Counted from the first letter of the whole stretch, positions 24,544-37,199 are shown. The stretch is DNA of 59,641 nt, filler included, from Circinaria calcarea (GCA_051942165.1; 12 parts of 12 records of this genome joined end to end with filler, not necessarily neighbours in it), one strand, 5' to 3'. Notes: a model not told the origin generated them from the sequence alone. Numbers and translations: made by a program.

Positions 24544-24826
24544 TTAGGCTCCTTGCCGGGGAGGAGTGTGAGATTTTCCAGTCAGAATTGTGCCCTGCAA
24601 CATGCTCGCGGGGATCTCCCCGCTGGACCCGCTGGATGGCCACTTGGAATTTCCGGGAGAATGCCCGTGGTTATGGGCTTCCCCGGGTAATACTGTAGCT
24701 TGCGCCATCTTGTCTAAAGCGGACGGCGAAGGTGAAGCTCCCGGCGACTGGGCTTTCCCCGGCAGGATGGTACCTTTCGAGAGATCTGCCACGGAGTGGG
24801 TACTCGATAGCGAAGAAGAAGAGTAG
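24544..24826 (-). CDS. C-terminal fragment of a low-complexity protein
   Basis: Frame open from the contig edge, with three similar TILPGK/TVLPGE/TILTGK motifs. Confidence 0.35.
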
Positions 24827-24926
24827 NNNNNNNNNNNNNNNNNNNNNNNNNNNNNNNNNNNNNNNNNNNNTTAATTAATTAANNNNNNNNNNNNNNNNNN
24901 NNNNNNNNNNNNNNNNNNNNNNNNNN

Positions 24927-25712
24927 TATCTCGTCGGCTTGCAAATCTTCTTCCATCTCCCGCTCTACATATATGGTCTTCAACCCGCACTCCTTGGCAG
25001 CTATCAGGTCACCAAGGTGGGCAGCTACCATGGCGCATTCTTCCGCTTTCAGTCCTAACTTCTCCACGGCACCCTTGTATACCTTTGGCGATGGCTTATA
25101 GGCGCCGAAGTGCTCGGAGGAGAAGACATGCGTCCAGGGCAGATGGGCGTATGTCGCCATGTCGGTTAGTAATTCGAGATTACCGTTGGACAGCGCGCAA
25201 GTTTGGATACCGAGAGCATTCAGTTTACCAATGCCAGATGACGAGTCTGGCCAAGGCTCGAGGAAGTGCCATACTCGACTGATCTCCAGGACCTCGTCGG
25301 GTGGCCAGAGAGCAGGCAGACCATTGGAATCTAGGAGGCCAATCAACGAGTCGTGGTGATGTTGATCAACAGTCTTAAAGGGGATATGGTCATTCGCGGC
25401 CAGAGACTGCGACGGAGCATAGTTGCGGGTAAAGTCCTTGTAGCCGTTTCGCCATGCTTGCGCGAATGACGGCCAGTCCATGACTGATGCGCGCAGGCGG
25501 ACAACGGATGGGAGGGATGAAGTAGGGTCGGAGAGGGTGGCGGAGGCATGTTGCCGCAGAGTGTGGGTAACGGTGTGTCTCCAATCGACCGTTGTCCCGA
25601 AAACCTAATTCGAATGTCAACGAGTCCGAACGACGACCGCTCGAGCGCCGTTTTAATTGGTGGTACCAACGTCGAATAGGAGAGCTTTGGGCTTGATTCG
25701 TGTTGCCGCCAT
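24927..25712 (-). CDS. Haloacid dehalogenase type II (HAD superfamily), 3'-truncated
   Basis: MAATRIKPKALLFD|VFGTTVDWR (intron about 25608-25670), LSNGN, YKPSPKVY, MVAAHLGDL. Confidence 0.9.
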
Positions 25713-27516
25713 ACCACATTGACAGCAAAGCGAGCTGATGTGTTGTTGAGCATGGGGTTAGTGAGGGTCTTGATAGACGGACGATCGATGATTGGTGGCA
25801 ATGACCTCAGTCACATCTCTCCTCTTTCGCTCCCACACCAAACGGTTCAATCCCAATTCGGGCGCCCTGCCCCCCCTCCTCTTCGATTCAGGTACCCGGA
25901 CGTCTGACAGCGCATGCAGCCCCGACTGTCAAAGGTGCATGCAACGGTCATGCATCTCCATACCTCCAATGTATCGACGACATTTATTGTCCTTCATTGG
26001 CTCTTCCAAGTCAAACCGGTTTTGAGGGGGGGGTTGTGTTTGGAGGTGTCGGAAAGTCTATTTACCCCTGAGCTGTCCGGAGTCTTGTTTGGGCGATGGC
26101 CGGCGGTGCCTATCATCCTCCCCGAACCCAATTGACCTCCGCAATGCGTGTCGGATCCGATCCTCCTATCGTACTTTATTCTACAGAGTAAGGCTTCATC
26201 TTACTTCTGACAGCTTAGCTACCTACTGTGCTATTTTACCCCTATCCAAAGTCTGACCAGATGGCTGACTACCTGACTACATGGCAGCTTCAGGTGTGAG
26301 CTTTTTTGTTCGGGGAACAGCGTTGCTCCGTAATTCTGTTCGGCGCTACTGCACGATCGGATTGGCCAACCCAATCCCACCAATGATGCACGCTGAATTT
26401 CCTTTCCTGGAGCCGATCTACCGATACCGCAGTCCAAAGTCATTGAATCAACCATTGGCTCGATAATGATCTGGCCCGTGCCCCTCGCCCTGGCCGTGAG
26501 AGCTAATTCTTTTTGGTCGAGGCGATCGTGTGGAAATCTCTCGCGGTTCCGGAAATGGAGGTGTGAGATGGTTCATGTTCATTCCCGTACTCTACCGTGT
26601 TTTGTCGATATACCCGCTGCTGTTGGTGGGGGACGATGCCTTTTCCCACAGGTCACTGAGGTCGCTGGCGTACGAGGATGCAGTCGGACAGATTTCAATT
26701 GGGCAAAGGCGTCACGGATGGGATTCGGTATGAGCATCAGCCAGTTTGAGGTAAGCCTCCAACAACATTGGCGCGCCCCGTTCCTTCCGGGAAAATTCCC
26801 GGACCCTGTTTCAGGCTTCAATGCGTTGGGCAATGACTTTGAACTGCTATGACCTATCAATCCTTTCCGGAAGTTAATCCGGGTTACACCTCATGTTGCT
26901 TCCGGCTCGACGTCTCTCAGTCATCAGCTGTACAGAGCATTGCAGAACCTCGACTGACGCCGGCTTAAACAGCTTTGCGGAGTCAATAGGCTTCTAGGAG
27001 CGAAGACAAAAGAAGCAATCGCCTGAGAGCTCAAAGGTATCTCGTTGCGCTGTTATGGTGCCATTGATAGCACGTGCTGAGGGGATACTAGGGGCACAGA
27101 TCAAGCCAGACTCGACTAGGTGAACGTCACCTAAGCTCCGAACCACAACTGACGTGAAGGGAGTCAAAGATCGGTAGGGCACTCAAGGAGTTCGGTGAAC
27201 GGTAGGGTCTACCCAAGCAGTATCACCACCTCAGGGCTAGGGGCATCCGGTAAGCCGGGTATGGATATGGACACCGGCGTGCTTGGCTCGAACTGACTTG
27301 AGCCTTCACAGACATTTGCCTGGTGTTCACCTCCAACCCTTCGACAATCCGTCTCACCGTTCGTCTGTCTGTGGTCCAAGGAGTCTCGTTGAAGACCGGT
27401 GGGGATGCTTGGCTTGTACGAGAAGTTCAAGATGTTGTGAGCTGGCTCTGCACGAAGACTTGAACCCTAGCCACCATCGACAATCATAAGTTACATATAT
27501 CTTTGCCAATCGCACA

Positions 27517-29807
27517 ATGGCTCTTACCAGCAGCTACGGCTCCGCATCGTTTGCGCAACCAAACCTGACTCATACACCATACACAACGCCAACGAGAGGG
27601 TTATCGGTTCGGTCAATTCGGAATGATTCTTCATCGCCAGCTATATCCTCCTCCCCGCCGCCTGTGCCTTCCAATAGCGAAGACTCATACTTTTACGGAA
27701 CGCGGGAAAACAACGTTGCCAAGGACGAAAACATTTCCGTACTCGATCCTAGAAGATTCACACCTACACTACACGCAAACCTGATATCGGAGATACTCTC
27801 GTTGCGACGAGAAGTAGAAAATAAAAATGGGTTGGTAGAGAGCCTAGAGGAAGGCTTGTACGCGACCAAAAAAGAAAACGACAGGTTGAACAATTCAATC
27901 ATCAACAGTGCCAAAGAAAGCCGGTCGATGAAACGCCAGTTAGAAGTTCTTGAAGGAGGCACGTTGGCCGCTCTTGAGGAACTGACCCAAGAGAAGAACG
28001 GCGCCGCCAAAAGTCTAGCCGATGCACGGAAACGCCTGGACTTATCACAGAAGAAGATCAAGAGTCAGGATGACGAAGCTGAAAGGATACAGTCCATCTG
28101 GGAGCGCGATAGGCAAGGATGGGATGCCGAGAGACGAGCCTTGGATCACAGGGTACACATTGCTGAAGCGCGCCTTAAGACGATGCTTGCGGAAGTTACC
28201 GGCACTCGAGGTCAGGATTCCAACCAGCCCGACGTTTTTGGGGACTATGGGCAATCACTGCGCCCGGCGAGCAGCATGAGCAATAGTACTCACGACGGGA
28301 GTGAGATTCGCAACGGCAGAACCTCAAATATGAGCGGAAGATTCGGACTTGGAGGCCCAAGACTGGCCGGCATGAGTCTAGCAGAGGAACTGCAGTTGGA
28401 CGAAGAGGACGAGATGAGCGTGGATGAGAGTGATCTTGAGTTGGACTACGCCTCTCGAGAAGAGTTACCAAAGGACTCGCCACACAGGCCTCGACCCTAC
28501 TCTGCGCAATCGCACCATCCATCCTTGAAAGCCCGAAGACTATTGGGCCTTAGGGTGGAAGAAGATGAAAGAGCTCACGAAGAAGAAGCGGTTGATGTGA
28601 CACCGCATGCTGTAGTCAAAGTGACGGATGGCATGCAGGAAGTTTATTTTCCAAAATCTCATTACATCAACACTGCCACCCAGTTCTCCCCACCGCCATC
28701 TCCAGTACTCTCGAAGCAAACTCGTATTGAGTTTGAGGGGGTCAGCAATCAGCCTTTGGCAGCTGCAGCTCAACGCCTAAACCCTGCAGATAACAGTCAC
28801 GATGCATTAAAGCAAACCTTATCCGATGTTCCAGAGGGAGCACATATAGTCTTGGTATCTCGGGCATGCCAAACAGTAGGGCAACCAGCAAGCCCACTCG
28901 GTGCCTGCGATGTTGCTACATTTACACAGGATGATGGTGTCAATTTGACGGATGCGAAGACAATGTCTACGCAAACGAGCGAAGATGACCTGCTCCCTTG
29001 TCCTGCAGGTGTCCGAGATGATCCATCAGGAAGCGTGGGCGTGCCAGTAATTGCCATTCACCCTCCAATTACAGGGTCAGCTTCGGATCGCTTCAGCGTC
29101 ATGCTTCCACCGCAAACGAAAAACGCTGTTTGTCAGGTGTCTATTGGCTTGCCTATCTCAATGCGCTCTGTGTCCGTCCAGACCGAAGAGATCAGAGTCG
29201 ACCGGCGGCCTATCAAACTCCCAGCCCACCTCCTGCCATCCGCTATCTCGTCCAAGCCACCTTCACCTAGACTTAGATCGCCGAAAACGGAGGGCGCTGT
29301 TGAAGATCGGTCACTAGGACCTGAGGACCAGAAATCGGAGGCTGCTGTGGGAGGTCAATTACTAGGAGGAGCTCCGGTCTCTGTTGTTCCAGGCCCCATG
29401 GTTCAAGAGCCCGATCCTGTTAAAGGCACAGTTTCCCGGAAGCAGCCTACGTCTCGAGCGGCCCGCGATAGCTACCCTAGTATTAATGATAATGGCCCCT
29501 TGCATGTCGACTCCAACCTAAAACGTCCAGTTCGGTCTGGGAGCCTTTTTGCCGGCTTAGATGATCTCAACGGCAAAGCTTTTGAGATCAACGACAAATC
29601 TTTTGAGATCAACGACAAAGCTTTTGAGATCAACGACACCGACTATAGCGACGATGATGCCCATGCAGAGCCGATCCGAAAGACCCTATCAAAGGTTCAG
29701 AATTCTTGGAAGCTTGTACCGCAATCAACAGACTCCGTTCTAGACCGACTAGAATCTCACAAGCAAGATTTACGAGCGTCTCCCTCTGATACCGTACTAT
29801 TTGACAA
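27517..29807 (+). CDS. Num1/ApsA/Mcp5-like cortical coiled-coil protein, 3'-truncated
   Basis: ENISVLDPRRFTPTLHANLISEILSLRRE followed by a long coiled coil and repeated TQT/VQT motifs. The expected C-terminal PH domain would lie beyond the contig. Confidence 0.65.
29575..29637 (+). repeat. In-frame 21-bp x3 coding tandem repeat (KAFEIND/KSFEIND/KAFEIND)
   Basis: AAAKCTTTTGAGATCAACGAC occurs three times, nearly identical. Confidence 0.95.
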
Positions 29808-30637
29808 NNNNNNNNNNNNNNNNNNNNNNNNNNNNNNNNNNNNNNNNNNNNTTAATTAATTAANNNNNNNNNNNNNNNNNNNNNNNNNNNNNNNNNNNNN
29901 NNNNNNNCTGGTGGGCTATTGTAGTGGTGTGCTGGGGTTTTTGAGGAGTGGACGGTGAATTTTTGGGGAAGGAGAAGGAGAAGGAGAAAAAAGGGGGGGT
30001 TTGAGGAATAGGGATAGGGATGGAGATTTGGGTTACGATTAATTCGCTGGTTGATTGATGAGTTTGATTTGTGAGGATCCGTGGAAAAGGAATGCGTTCA
30101 GGTGGAAAAAGAAAGGAGTGAGATGCCAGATCGTGGTATAAGTAAGACTTTTTAGCTTTGGCCTTGACCTTGGGAATACATAGAAATAAGGTAGTAAGTG
30201 GTATCTCGTACCATAGCGAAATGAAATAAAATAGGAAAGAAAGAACAAGGTGCAAACGAGAGAGAGAGAGAGCATTGATGTAACGTATAATACCGGTGAG
30301 AGAAAGTTTTCCAAAGTAGTGGAGTTCTAGATTGATTACAGCTTAGCTACAATAGATTGTCCATGACATAGACAGCCGGCTATCCTTTAAAAAACCAATC
30401 TGGTGTTCAAGGTAAAAAGGGGGCCACACCAAAGGGAAACATCCAGATATCCGCCCGCCCGCCCACGTCTAATCCACACAAAAAATCCCTTGTGGACTAT
30501 CCCAAACTAGCCTCACCCAAGAATATCCCTTCAACCCACCGGCGACGCCCAATTACTGAAACCTTTGACTTGAAGCCTCCGTAAACCTGATTTCGGATTG
30601 GTGACCTCATGATATATTCATGTACAGTATCAAGTCA

Positions 30638-32151
30638 TCACCAGTGGCATATGCCCCCTTCACTATCATCCATTGCCCACGTTCCGGCCAGTCCTACGAT
30701 CTCCCCGTTGGCATGCTCGCCGACTTTATTGAGCGTTGCAACGTTGGCGCCTCCATCCGCGGGCCCGTTGCTGAGCAGTCTCCTCGCCCATGCATCGATA
30801 GCTGGCTCGCCTGTTTCGTCCCGGGCTTGCTTCAGGAAGGGAATCAATGCGGTCCCGCCGGTACCTCGAAGCTTTCTGTTGCCCGCTTTCCCGTCTTTGG
30901 ACACAGTCGCGATATTAAGGGGCAGAGGTGCGGACCGAGGTGAGAGGGATCGAGAGTGAGAACGTGACTCGCGCGATTTCACGATGATGTAGCGAGAGAC
31001 CATCTGAATATGCTTATCACGTAAAGCGCGAAGCATAGCTAGACAGGCATCATAGGCTATGCTTAATGATCGATTTGCCTTATGGGATTCGACATATTCA
31101 CGGATATTTGCAACGCTCGAAACGCGCTCAAGAAAACGGCGGTGGGGTCCAGGCATGTAAGAGCGCATGTCCTGAATGAAGTTGTGGCGTGAAGGGGGAG
31201 CTGTACCTTCCATTTCGCTCTCTGAACTGTCGTTTCGCTTCTCACCAGTAGGGCGATGCTCGACACCGAGAACAATGTCAAAAAACTGTATGAGGGAACT
31301 TTGTGCATTGCTCCCGCCTCCATACTGCCGGTATACTTGTTCTCCGCTACCATCATCGTAAATCACACCATTAGGAAGACCTGCCTCTGCCATGTTCTTA
31401 CTCCCAGCTAGAAACGGCCTTATGCGATGATAGAAGACATGCGGATCACAATGCTCGTACATCCGAACCAGTAGTGTGCCTAGTTCGTCGAGCCTTTCAG
31501 CAAATGTATGTAGATACTCCGTCACTGCCCTACTGTCTTGTCTTCGTGCCGCTCCAATGGCATTAAGCATAAGTGAGAGTGTTGCAGCACCACGGGCTTC
31601 AATGGCCACTGACACCAGGTAGAACCATGATTCATCTAGCGATCCGGTAAATGTTGTAAGTGTGGAGAGGTTTTCGAGAGAGTCGATAGGTTCATCGGAA
31701 AAGATGGGTTTAAAGTTCCAAAGACAGACCGCGGCATAAGTGGCTACTGGTGGTACTTCAAGGAAGTGACATATTTCTAGGAGAGGAATTGAAATTGATG
31801 GTGGAATTCTCTAAGGACCAGTTAGTGGAGTCAAGGCCTACTTGAACAATCAGACCAAACCTCTTCTGGTTTGTCTCCACCCCAGATGTATGCATGCGAA
31901 ATGAATGCCAACAGCATGTATGCCCTTCGCCACTCAGCCGGATGGTGTAAATTTGAGGTGGAAAGGATGGGTAGCCTGGTAACAACCTCTCGTAGCCTCC
32001 TACTCAATACAAGGGCTTGTAGATTTACCACCACTGCTTCCCATCTATTGTAGTATGGATCTGGGAGGCGCTCCAACGGTAGCTCCTTTGGAAGGAAGCC
32101 ATACTCTGGTGAAATGTCATAGTCGTCCAACGAAGGAATAGGCGGGATCAT
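30638..32151 (-). CDS. BNA2: Indoleamine 2,3-dioxygenase
   Basis: GFLP, EWRRAY..L.FISHAYIWG, LPPVATYA-like motif, DESWFYLVSVAIE, GGSNAQSSLIQFFD, MRSYMPGPHR, RDKHIQMVSRYI, GTGGT. One intron at about 31813-31861. Confidence 0.95.
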
Positions 32152-32789
32152 CACAAGCTCTGTCGCAGAACGGAGTGTTACGTCAGTGATACGCTCCCAA
32201 ATTTGGGATTGTCTTCAGTGTGGATTGCGGAGACAATGGCAGAGACGTTAAAGTTTGTTGGAAAACAAGAGCGGGAAATCCGGAAAGGGACAGCGGTATC
32301 TCAGCTTCAGTTGCAGAGAAGAGAAAGGATGGAAGAGATCTGCACGTGGAATGAATAATCAATTCAATGGACGATGAAGCAGGAACTAGAACCTGTGAGC
32401 TCACGCGGGTGCTCTCGGAGACCAGTAAGGTGAATTGACTGAGTTTTGCTGAGAAAGCAAGCGATCTCTGCGGCACGCTATGAGTGATCTGATCTCGTGC
32501 CAGGTCCAATTAGTGATGCCATGGCGTATCCCTCCCTTAGCCCTGCGGATTAGAGTTTGGTGTTTCATGGTCTATTTTTCTTTCTTTGGTTGCGAACCCA
32601 CGCCGTCTGAAGGTCGGATGCTTTTGGAAAATGGAGTAGCAGTCTTCCCACGATCGGGGGCGACGGAGATTCCGGTATCGGAACGGCGGAAATTCCCCGG
32701 ATCGAGGAAGTTTCGGAGAGATAAGGGTCATGATAAGTTTCATCTCTCCCATATATATGATATTGGTAACACCGCCTTTTGGCTTACAT

Positions 32790-33100
32790 TCGGAGGCAGT
32801 ATATTCTCAGCAGGGAAAGGATCTGGAGAAGGTGGCAAAAGATTACATCTACGGCTCTAACGGAGATATCCGAGTTGTCATTGATATAGATCTGGTTACT
32901 TTAATCCATGCAAACCTCCTAACCTAACAGTCGCCGCCTTGCTCATGGTGGTCCTCATATCTCGAGGAATAGAGCGGCGAGATCGTGTTCAATGTCTACC
33001 TTAGGGCGAAACGATATTCGTCCGCCGTGGGTTCGCGCATGTACGTCCATATCTATGGCCCGGCCCCCGTCCTCCGTTGAAATCTTTCTGGTCCTGGAAA
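32790..33100 (+). pseudogene. Degenerate fragment of a fungal hypothetical-family gene
   Basis: EAVYSQQGKDLEKVAKDYIYGSNGDIRVVIDID resembles the EVxYSQ...LAxxYIxGSxGxIxVVxxxD motif I recall from a widespread ascomycete family. The frame is short and broken by stops. Confidence 0.45.
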
Positions 33101-33236
33101 GTGAAAAAGCCACTCAGCTGTTTCGTATCGGGTGCCATTAGCAAAGTAATTTGGCGGCCATTTGCGAGTATATCGAACAGTAGTAACAACACTGGCACAT
33201 AAAATATAGCAGGGAGACGAAATAGGAGTGAGCAAA

Positions 33237-33660
33237 TCATACAATTTCACGAGCTAGGTCAAACGCAAATCCAAAACTATACGGCCCATTTTGACGCTCC
33301 GCATGCCCCATAATAAAGCACACTCCCGTTCTTCTGGAGCCACGAAGCCACTACCAGCACAGTCCATTCGCATTGAACATGCCGTTCTGTCCAGCGTCGG
33401 CAACTTGACAGATGGTAGGGACGATACCCCAACCTTGCGTGGGAGGCGGCACGACCTCGAAGCTCTTGGGATTCCACGGACAGCAGTACGGCACCTCGCC
33501 GAAGTTGGTCGAGTAGATGCCCATCATATTAAACCAGTTGGGGGGATTGGCAAAGAGTTAGTCAAGGTATACAGGGACCGCACCCGGGCTTTTGGTGCTG
33601 CTGGTGGTGAGGGAGGCGGGAAGGAAAGGGAGGGAGGCTGAAGAGGAGCAGGACTGTCTA
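33237..33660 (-). pseudogene. Small Cys-containing protein pseudogene with two nonsense codons
   Basis: Frame AVPVYLD*LFANPPNWFNMMGIYSTNFGEVPYCCPW...ICQVAD..NGLCW*WLRG...EIV* has coding-like C/G-ending codons. Stops at 33558-33560 (TAA) and 33351-33353 (TAG). Confidence 0.5.
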
Positions 33661-34173
33661 GAAGAAGTCTCAGTCCGGCGGTACAGAGGTACCACCTTAA
33701 TTGAGAAAGGACAAATAACGAACGTCCCATCTATGCAATACGGTAGGTTAGGAAGGAGCGTAGTCTAAAAATGCGTAAGATGCAGCTGCCTTAAGAAAGA
33801 TGTCACCAGAAAGTATCAAGTGCTTGAAGACGAAGGATAAGTGAAAAGGATTGAAGCCGATCATAAGCAAAACTTGCCGAGTTAGGTTTGTAGGTTTGGG
33901 AGACCAGGGAAGCTTTTCACCCTTTCCACCGTCCAGGATTGTAAACATCTTCCAGTTGTAACCCACTGGATTATATGGGACTCGAATGCTGGTTATTAGG
34001 ATCTTGGTCGATTGCTAGGTGGTTATCTATAGATATCTCAGCGTCTTCCGGTGGATTGGATGTAGGTTTGCGCTAAATCAGCTAGGAGGACGAGGAGAAA
34101 AGAAGCCTGGGGAGAGGCTTTTTGTGAATTAATAGTACTAAATATGTAATAAAATTTTAAATACAGACGTTGA

Positions 34174-34298
34174 GGACCCATGGCGCAATGGTAGCGCGTC
34201 TGATTCCAGACCAGAAGGTAGAATTACTTACTATTGAAACATTTAAGAAATTTGACTGACTTTCGTTAAGGTTGTCCGTTCGATCCGGGCTGGGTTCA
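34174..34298 (+). tRNA. tRNA-Trp(CCA) with a 53-nt insert (34218-34270) in the variable loop
   Basis: Acceptor stem GGACCCA/TGGGTTC plus discriminator A. D stem GCGC/GCGC. Anticodon arm TCTGA-TTCCAGA-CCAGA. Variable loop AG|GTT. T arm GTCCG-TTCGATC-CGGGC. Intact A and B boxes, with T-runs just downstream. Confidence 0.9.
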
Positions 34299-34882
34299 GT
34301 TTGAAGCTTTTGGATTTTTGCAAGTTTGCGACATGGTGTATAAATCTACATACACACCTTTTAAAAAATCTTTTTTCATATGTTAACTATTTTATGTTTC
34401 TATAAGCTTGCTATCTTTTTGGGTGGATTTGCTACCTATTCCAGGACAAAGCTTTGGTTAGTCTGCGTGAGGCATCCGTGCATAGTGCCCATTATGAAGA
34501 AAAAATACTTCAGCATAGGTTACGAAAACGAGCTTATACTAGGCCGGCGATACATTTAGCACGGTTAGTAACAATGGAATCGATAAATGGCTAATATCAG
34601 TTAAGGATTGTGATGATTTGTCTTGGATATCCTAGTCGCAACCTTGATCCCACTGCCCATCACCAAAGCCCAGCCAGACCCCACCTCTTCAAGAACTCCT
34701 TCCCTCCCATCTTCACCCTCTCATCCTAGAAATCCCACATCTCTTCCTTCACATCTCGTACCCTCACCCACCCCTCGGTACNNNNNNNNNNNNNNNNNNN
34801 NNNNNNNNNNNNNNNNNNNNNNNNNTTAATTAATTAANNNNNNNNNNNNNNNNNNNNNNNNNNNNNNNNNNNNNNNNNNNNG

Positions 34883-35065
34883 GTTGGAGATGGGGAGGAC
34901 GAGGACGAGGACGAGGACGGGTACGGGGAGTGGGAAGACGTGAAGGACGAGGACTGGGACGGGGCGAAGGAAGGGAAGGACCAGGAGGGTGACGAGAAAG
35001 AGAGAGAGGAAAAGCAGGCGCAGGAAGAAAGCGACGATGAGTGGCCGACGGATTTTCTCGAGTGA
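34883..35065 (+). CDS. Acidic C-terminal tail of an unidentified gene, 5'-truncated
   Basis: Frame VGDGEDEDEDEDGYGEWEDVKDED...DDEWPTDFLE* from the contig start. Confidence 0.5.
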   Translation, partial: VGDGEDEDEDEDGYGEWEDVKDEDWDGAKEGKDQEGDEKEREEKQAQEESDDEWPTDFLE

Positions 35066-35388
35066 ATCTTGATAAGTAAAAAACGGCTGTTGCATCGAAT
35101 GCCGGAAGCAATACCTGAACCGCTAAGTCGAATCCCACTACACAAAAGGGTTAATTCAACATATATCCTTCCACATTAAGTGGTATAAAGTAATGCGATA
35201 AGCAGCGCGAGAGCAAAGATATGAACGGCTTTAATTATTGGGTAAACGTACCATACATTTTGCAGTGCTATGCACACTAGGCCTCCCCGGAAATTTCCCC
35301 CTACTTAGCATAGCGTGCACGGTTCTTTCCGCCAGAGCAACAGCTTAAGGGATAGTTTTTTTTGACCGCCGCCGCACATATCCACTTC

Positions 35389-35793
35389 TTATTCTTCTCT
35401 CCCATGTTCTTGTTCTTCTTCGTCGTCCACCATCTCCACCTCTGTAGTCACGAGCTTTTCTGACCCGCCGCCAATAGACTTTAATATCTCCTCAAGATCG
35501 ACTGGCTTTTCCACTCTTCTCACGTCATTCGCCACATGGTTCCAAAAATAGTATCGTTCCTCGCTCTTAAAGTAATATATCAGATTGTTAGGGTGGGCCA
35601 AAATGGACGTGATGGGCCCTAAGCCATAGTCTTCTCGCGCCAGGCAGTCGTGGACAGCTTTCAGTTCCGAGGGGTTATCAGACCATCCAGCGGGGATCGA
35701 GTCGCTGGGAAGTTTGTGGCGTGGAAAGTCAGGCTCCTGGAATTTCGTGAGTTGCGTGATTAATATTGACCGGTCAGTAGAGTAGGAGGCCAT
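35389..35793 (-). CDS. Hypothetical protein, 134 aa
   Basis: ATG-initiated ORF with globular composition and an acidic tail. No family recognised. Confidence 0.6.
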   Translation of the reverse strand: MASYSTDRSILITQLTKFQEPDFPRHKLPSDSIPAGWSDNPSELKAVHDCLAREDYGLGPITSILAHPNNLIYYFKSEERYYFWNHVANDVRRVEKPVDLEEILKSIGGGSEKLVTTEVEMVDDEEEQEHGREE

Positions 35794-37199
35794 ACCCTTT
35801 GACTCCGGGAGATTGTATCAGGAGAATTGGGTGTCCTAGATTCACTTGATAAACGGGTCAGTTGCAGCTTCTGGCATGATCAACGATTAGTTTCGGGTGG
35901 ATGCAAAAGAAAATAGAGACATGAGCGTACCGCCGGGACGTAAGAATGGTGGAGTGACACGGAGCCGAGTGGTTGACGGGTGAAAAGGACACGGGATTGT
36001 CCAGTGGCCTTAAGTGGTTGGCTATGGAACGGCAATGTCCTTAAAACACGACACCAGCTCATTGCTTTTCATAGTGTGCAAAGAAGTCTAGGTGCGCAGA
36101 AAAGGTCAGCGTGGACTCGGATGGATAAGCTGTATTTTAGCTAGCTTTTATAAAACACGACCAAAGGTTATCGGTTTTGGAATTCGTTCTATCCCAAATT
36201 GAGACTAGCTTGTTGAAAAGGAACATGCTGCTCCTAAAAGAGACTAATCTCAGAGAGGTAAGCTACGGAGTAGCTAATCCAGTTTCGGAATAAATGCTCC
36301 CCGCACGATTGGCCTGATATATTGTTCATAGCTCGGCGCTAGTAGATCAATGCCTAATTCAGTTAAACTCCGGAAGAGCTTTGTTATTTAATTCTAGTAT
36401 CTTGTATGCATAACAGCTGAACCAATCAGAATAGGATGTGGAGTTAAAATAGCTGAAAATTTAAATAGTCTGAGTGAGGATTCTAGTGACTTTAGCGCCG
36501 AGCTATGAACAATTTCCCTTGCGACCACAGTACAGTAGCGTGTTATTTAATACCCTACAACGGAGTACACCGTGTATTTACCAGTCCCTTCCCCTTTCGC
36601 GCCCTGCCTTTCTCTTCGGCCTTATCGTTACAATCCCTTATCTCTCCTACTACCTTTACCAATATCACCCCAACAATCCTCACAGATATTTGGGTGTTTT
36701 TGGCCATCCATTACCAAGCACCTCCATCTTTGTAAGCGGAAATGCGGCCACCAGTGTGTTGGCCCCTGCAGTACCATGGCACCATGGTTCCCGGATCGTA
36801 GTGACTGCCGGAGCCGAACCAGGGGCTAAGCTACAGTAGCTCGAAAGATCTTACAGTTGTGCCTGAAGGGGGTTATCTTGAAGATTTGCCAAGGATGTCA
36901 AGATTGCGGGTCGGGTTTTGATTTTGGGAAAGAAGATTTTAAGACAAGTGACTGATAGACACAAATTCAGGGTTCGGTCGAGTCGGTTGGCGGTAAAGTT
37001 GTACAGCCGCCCTTGAATGGCCTGCCTGATAAAGATTTCAAAGCAGCAACTTCACGGTTTATTCGGCGAGCGACATTGATGAAAGGTATATAGTTCAGAC
37101 ATAGTCTCTCTGTTATCCTATGCATCCGAATACCAGATTCCCATTATTCTCTCGAGCAACAGCAACTATTACTGATCATCCTCCCCCAATTAACCCACC

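Noticed and set aside
33237..33660. TAA/TAG-as-Gln alternative genetic code
   Set aside because: Other genes in the window terminate at TAA and TAG normally. Point mutation is the simpler explanation.
34210..34270. Canonical 37/38 intron parse of the tRNA-Trp
   Set aside because: It would require the 3' anticodon-stem strand just before AGGTT (CGTTA), which cannot pair with TCTGA. The matching strand CCAGA lies 5' of the insert.
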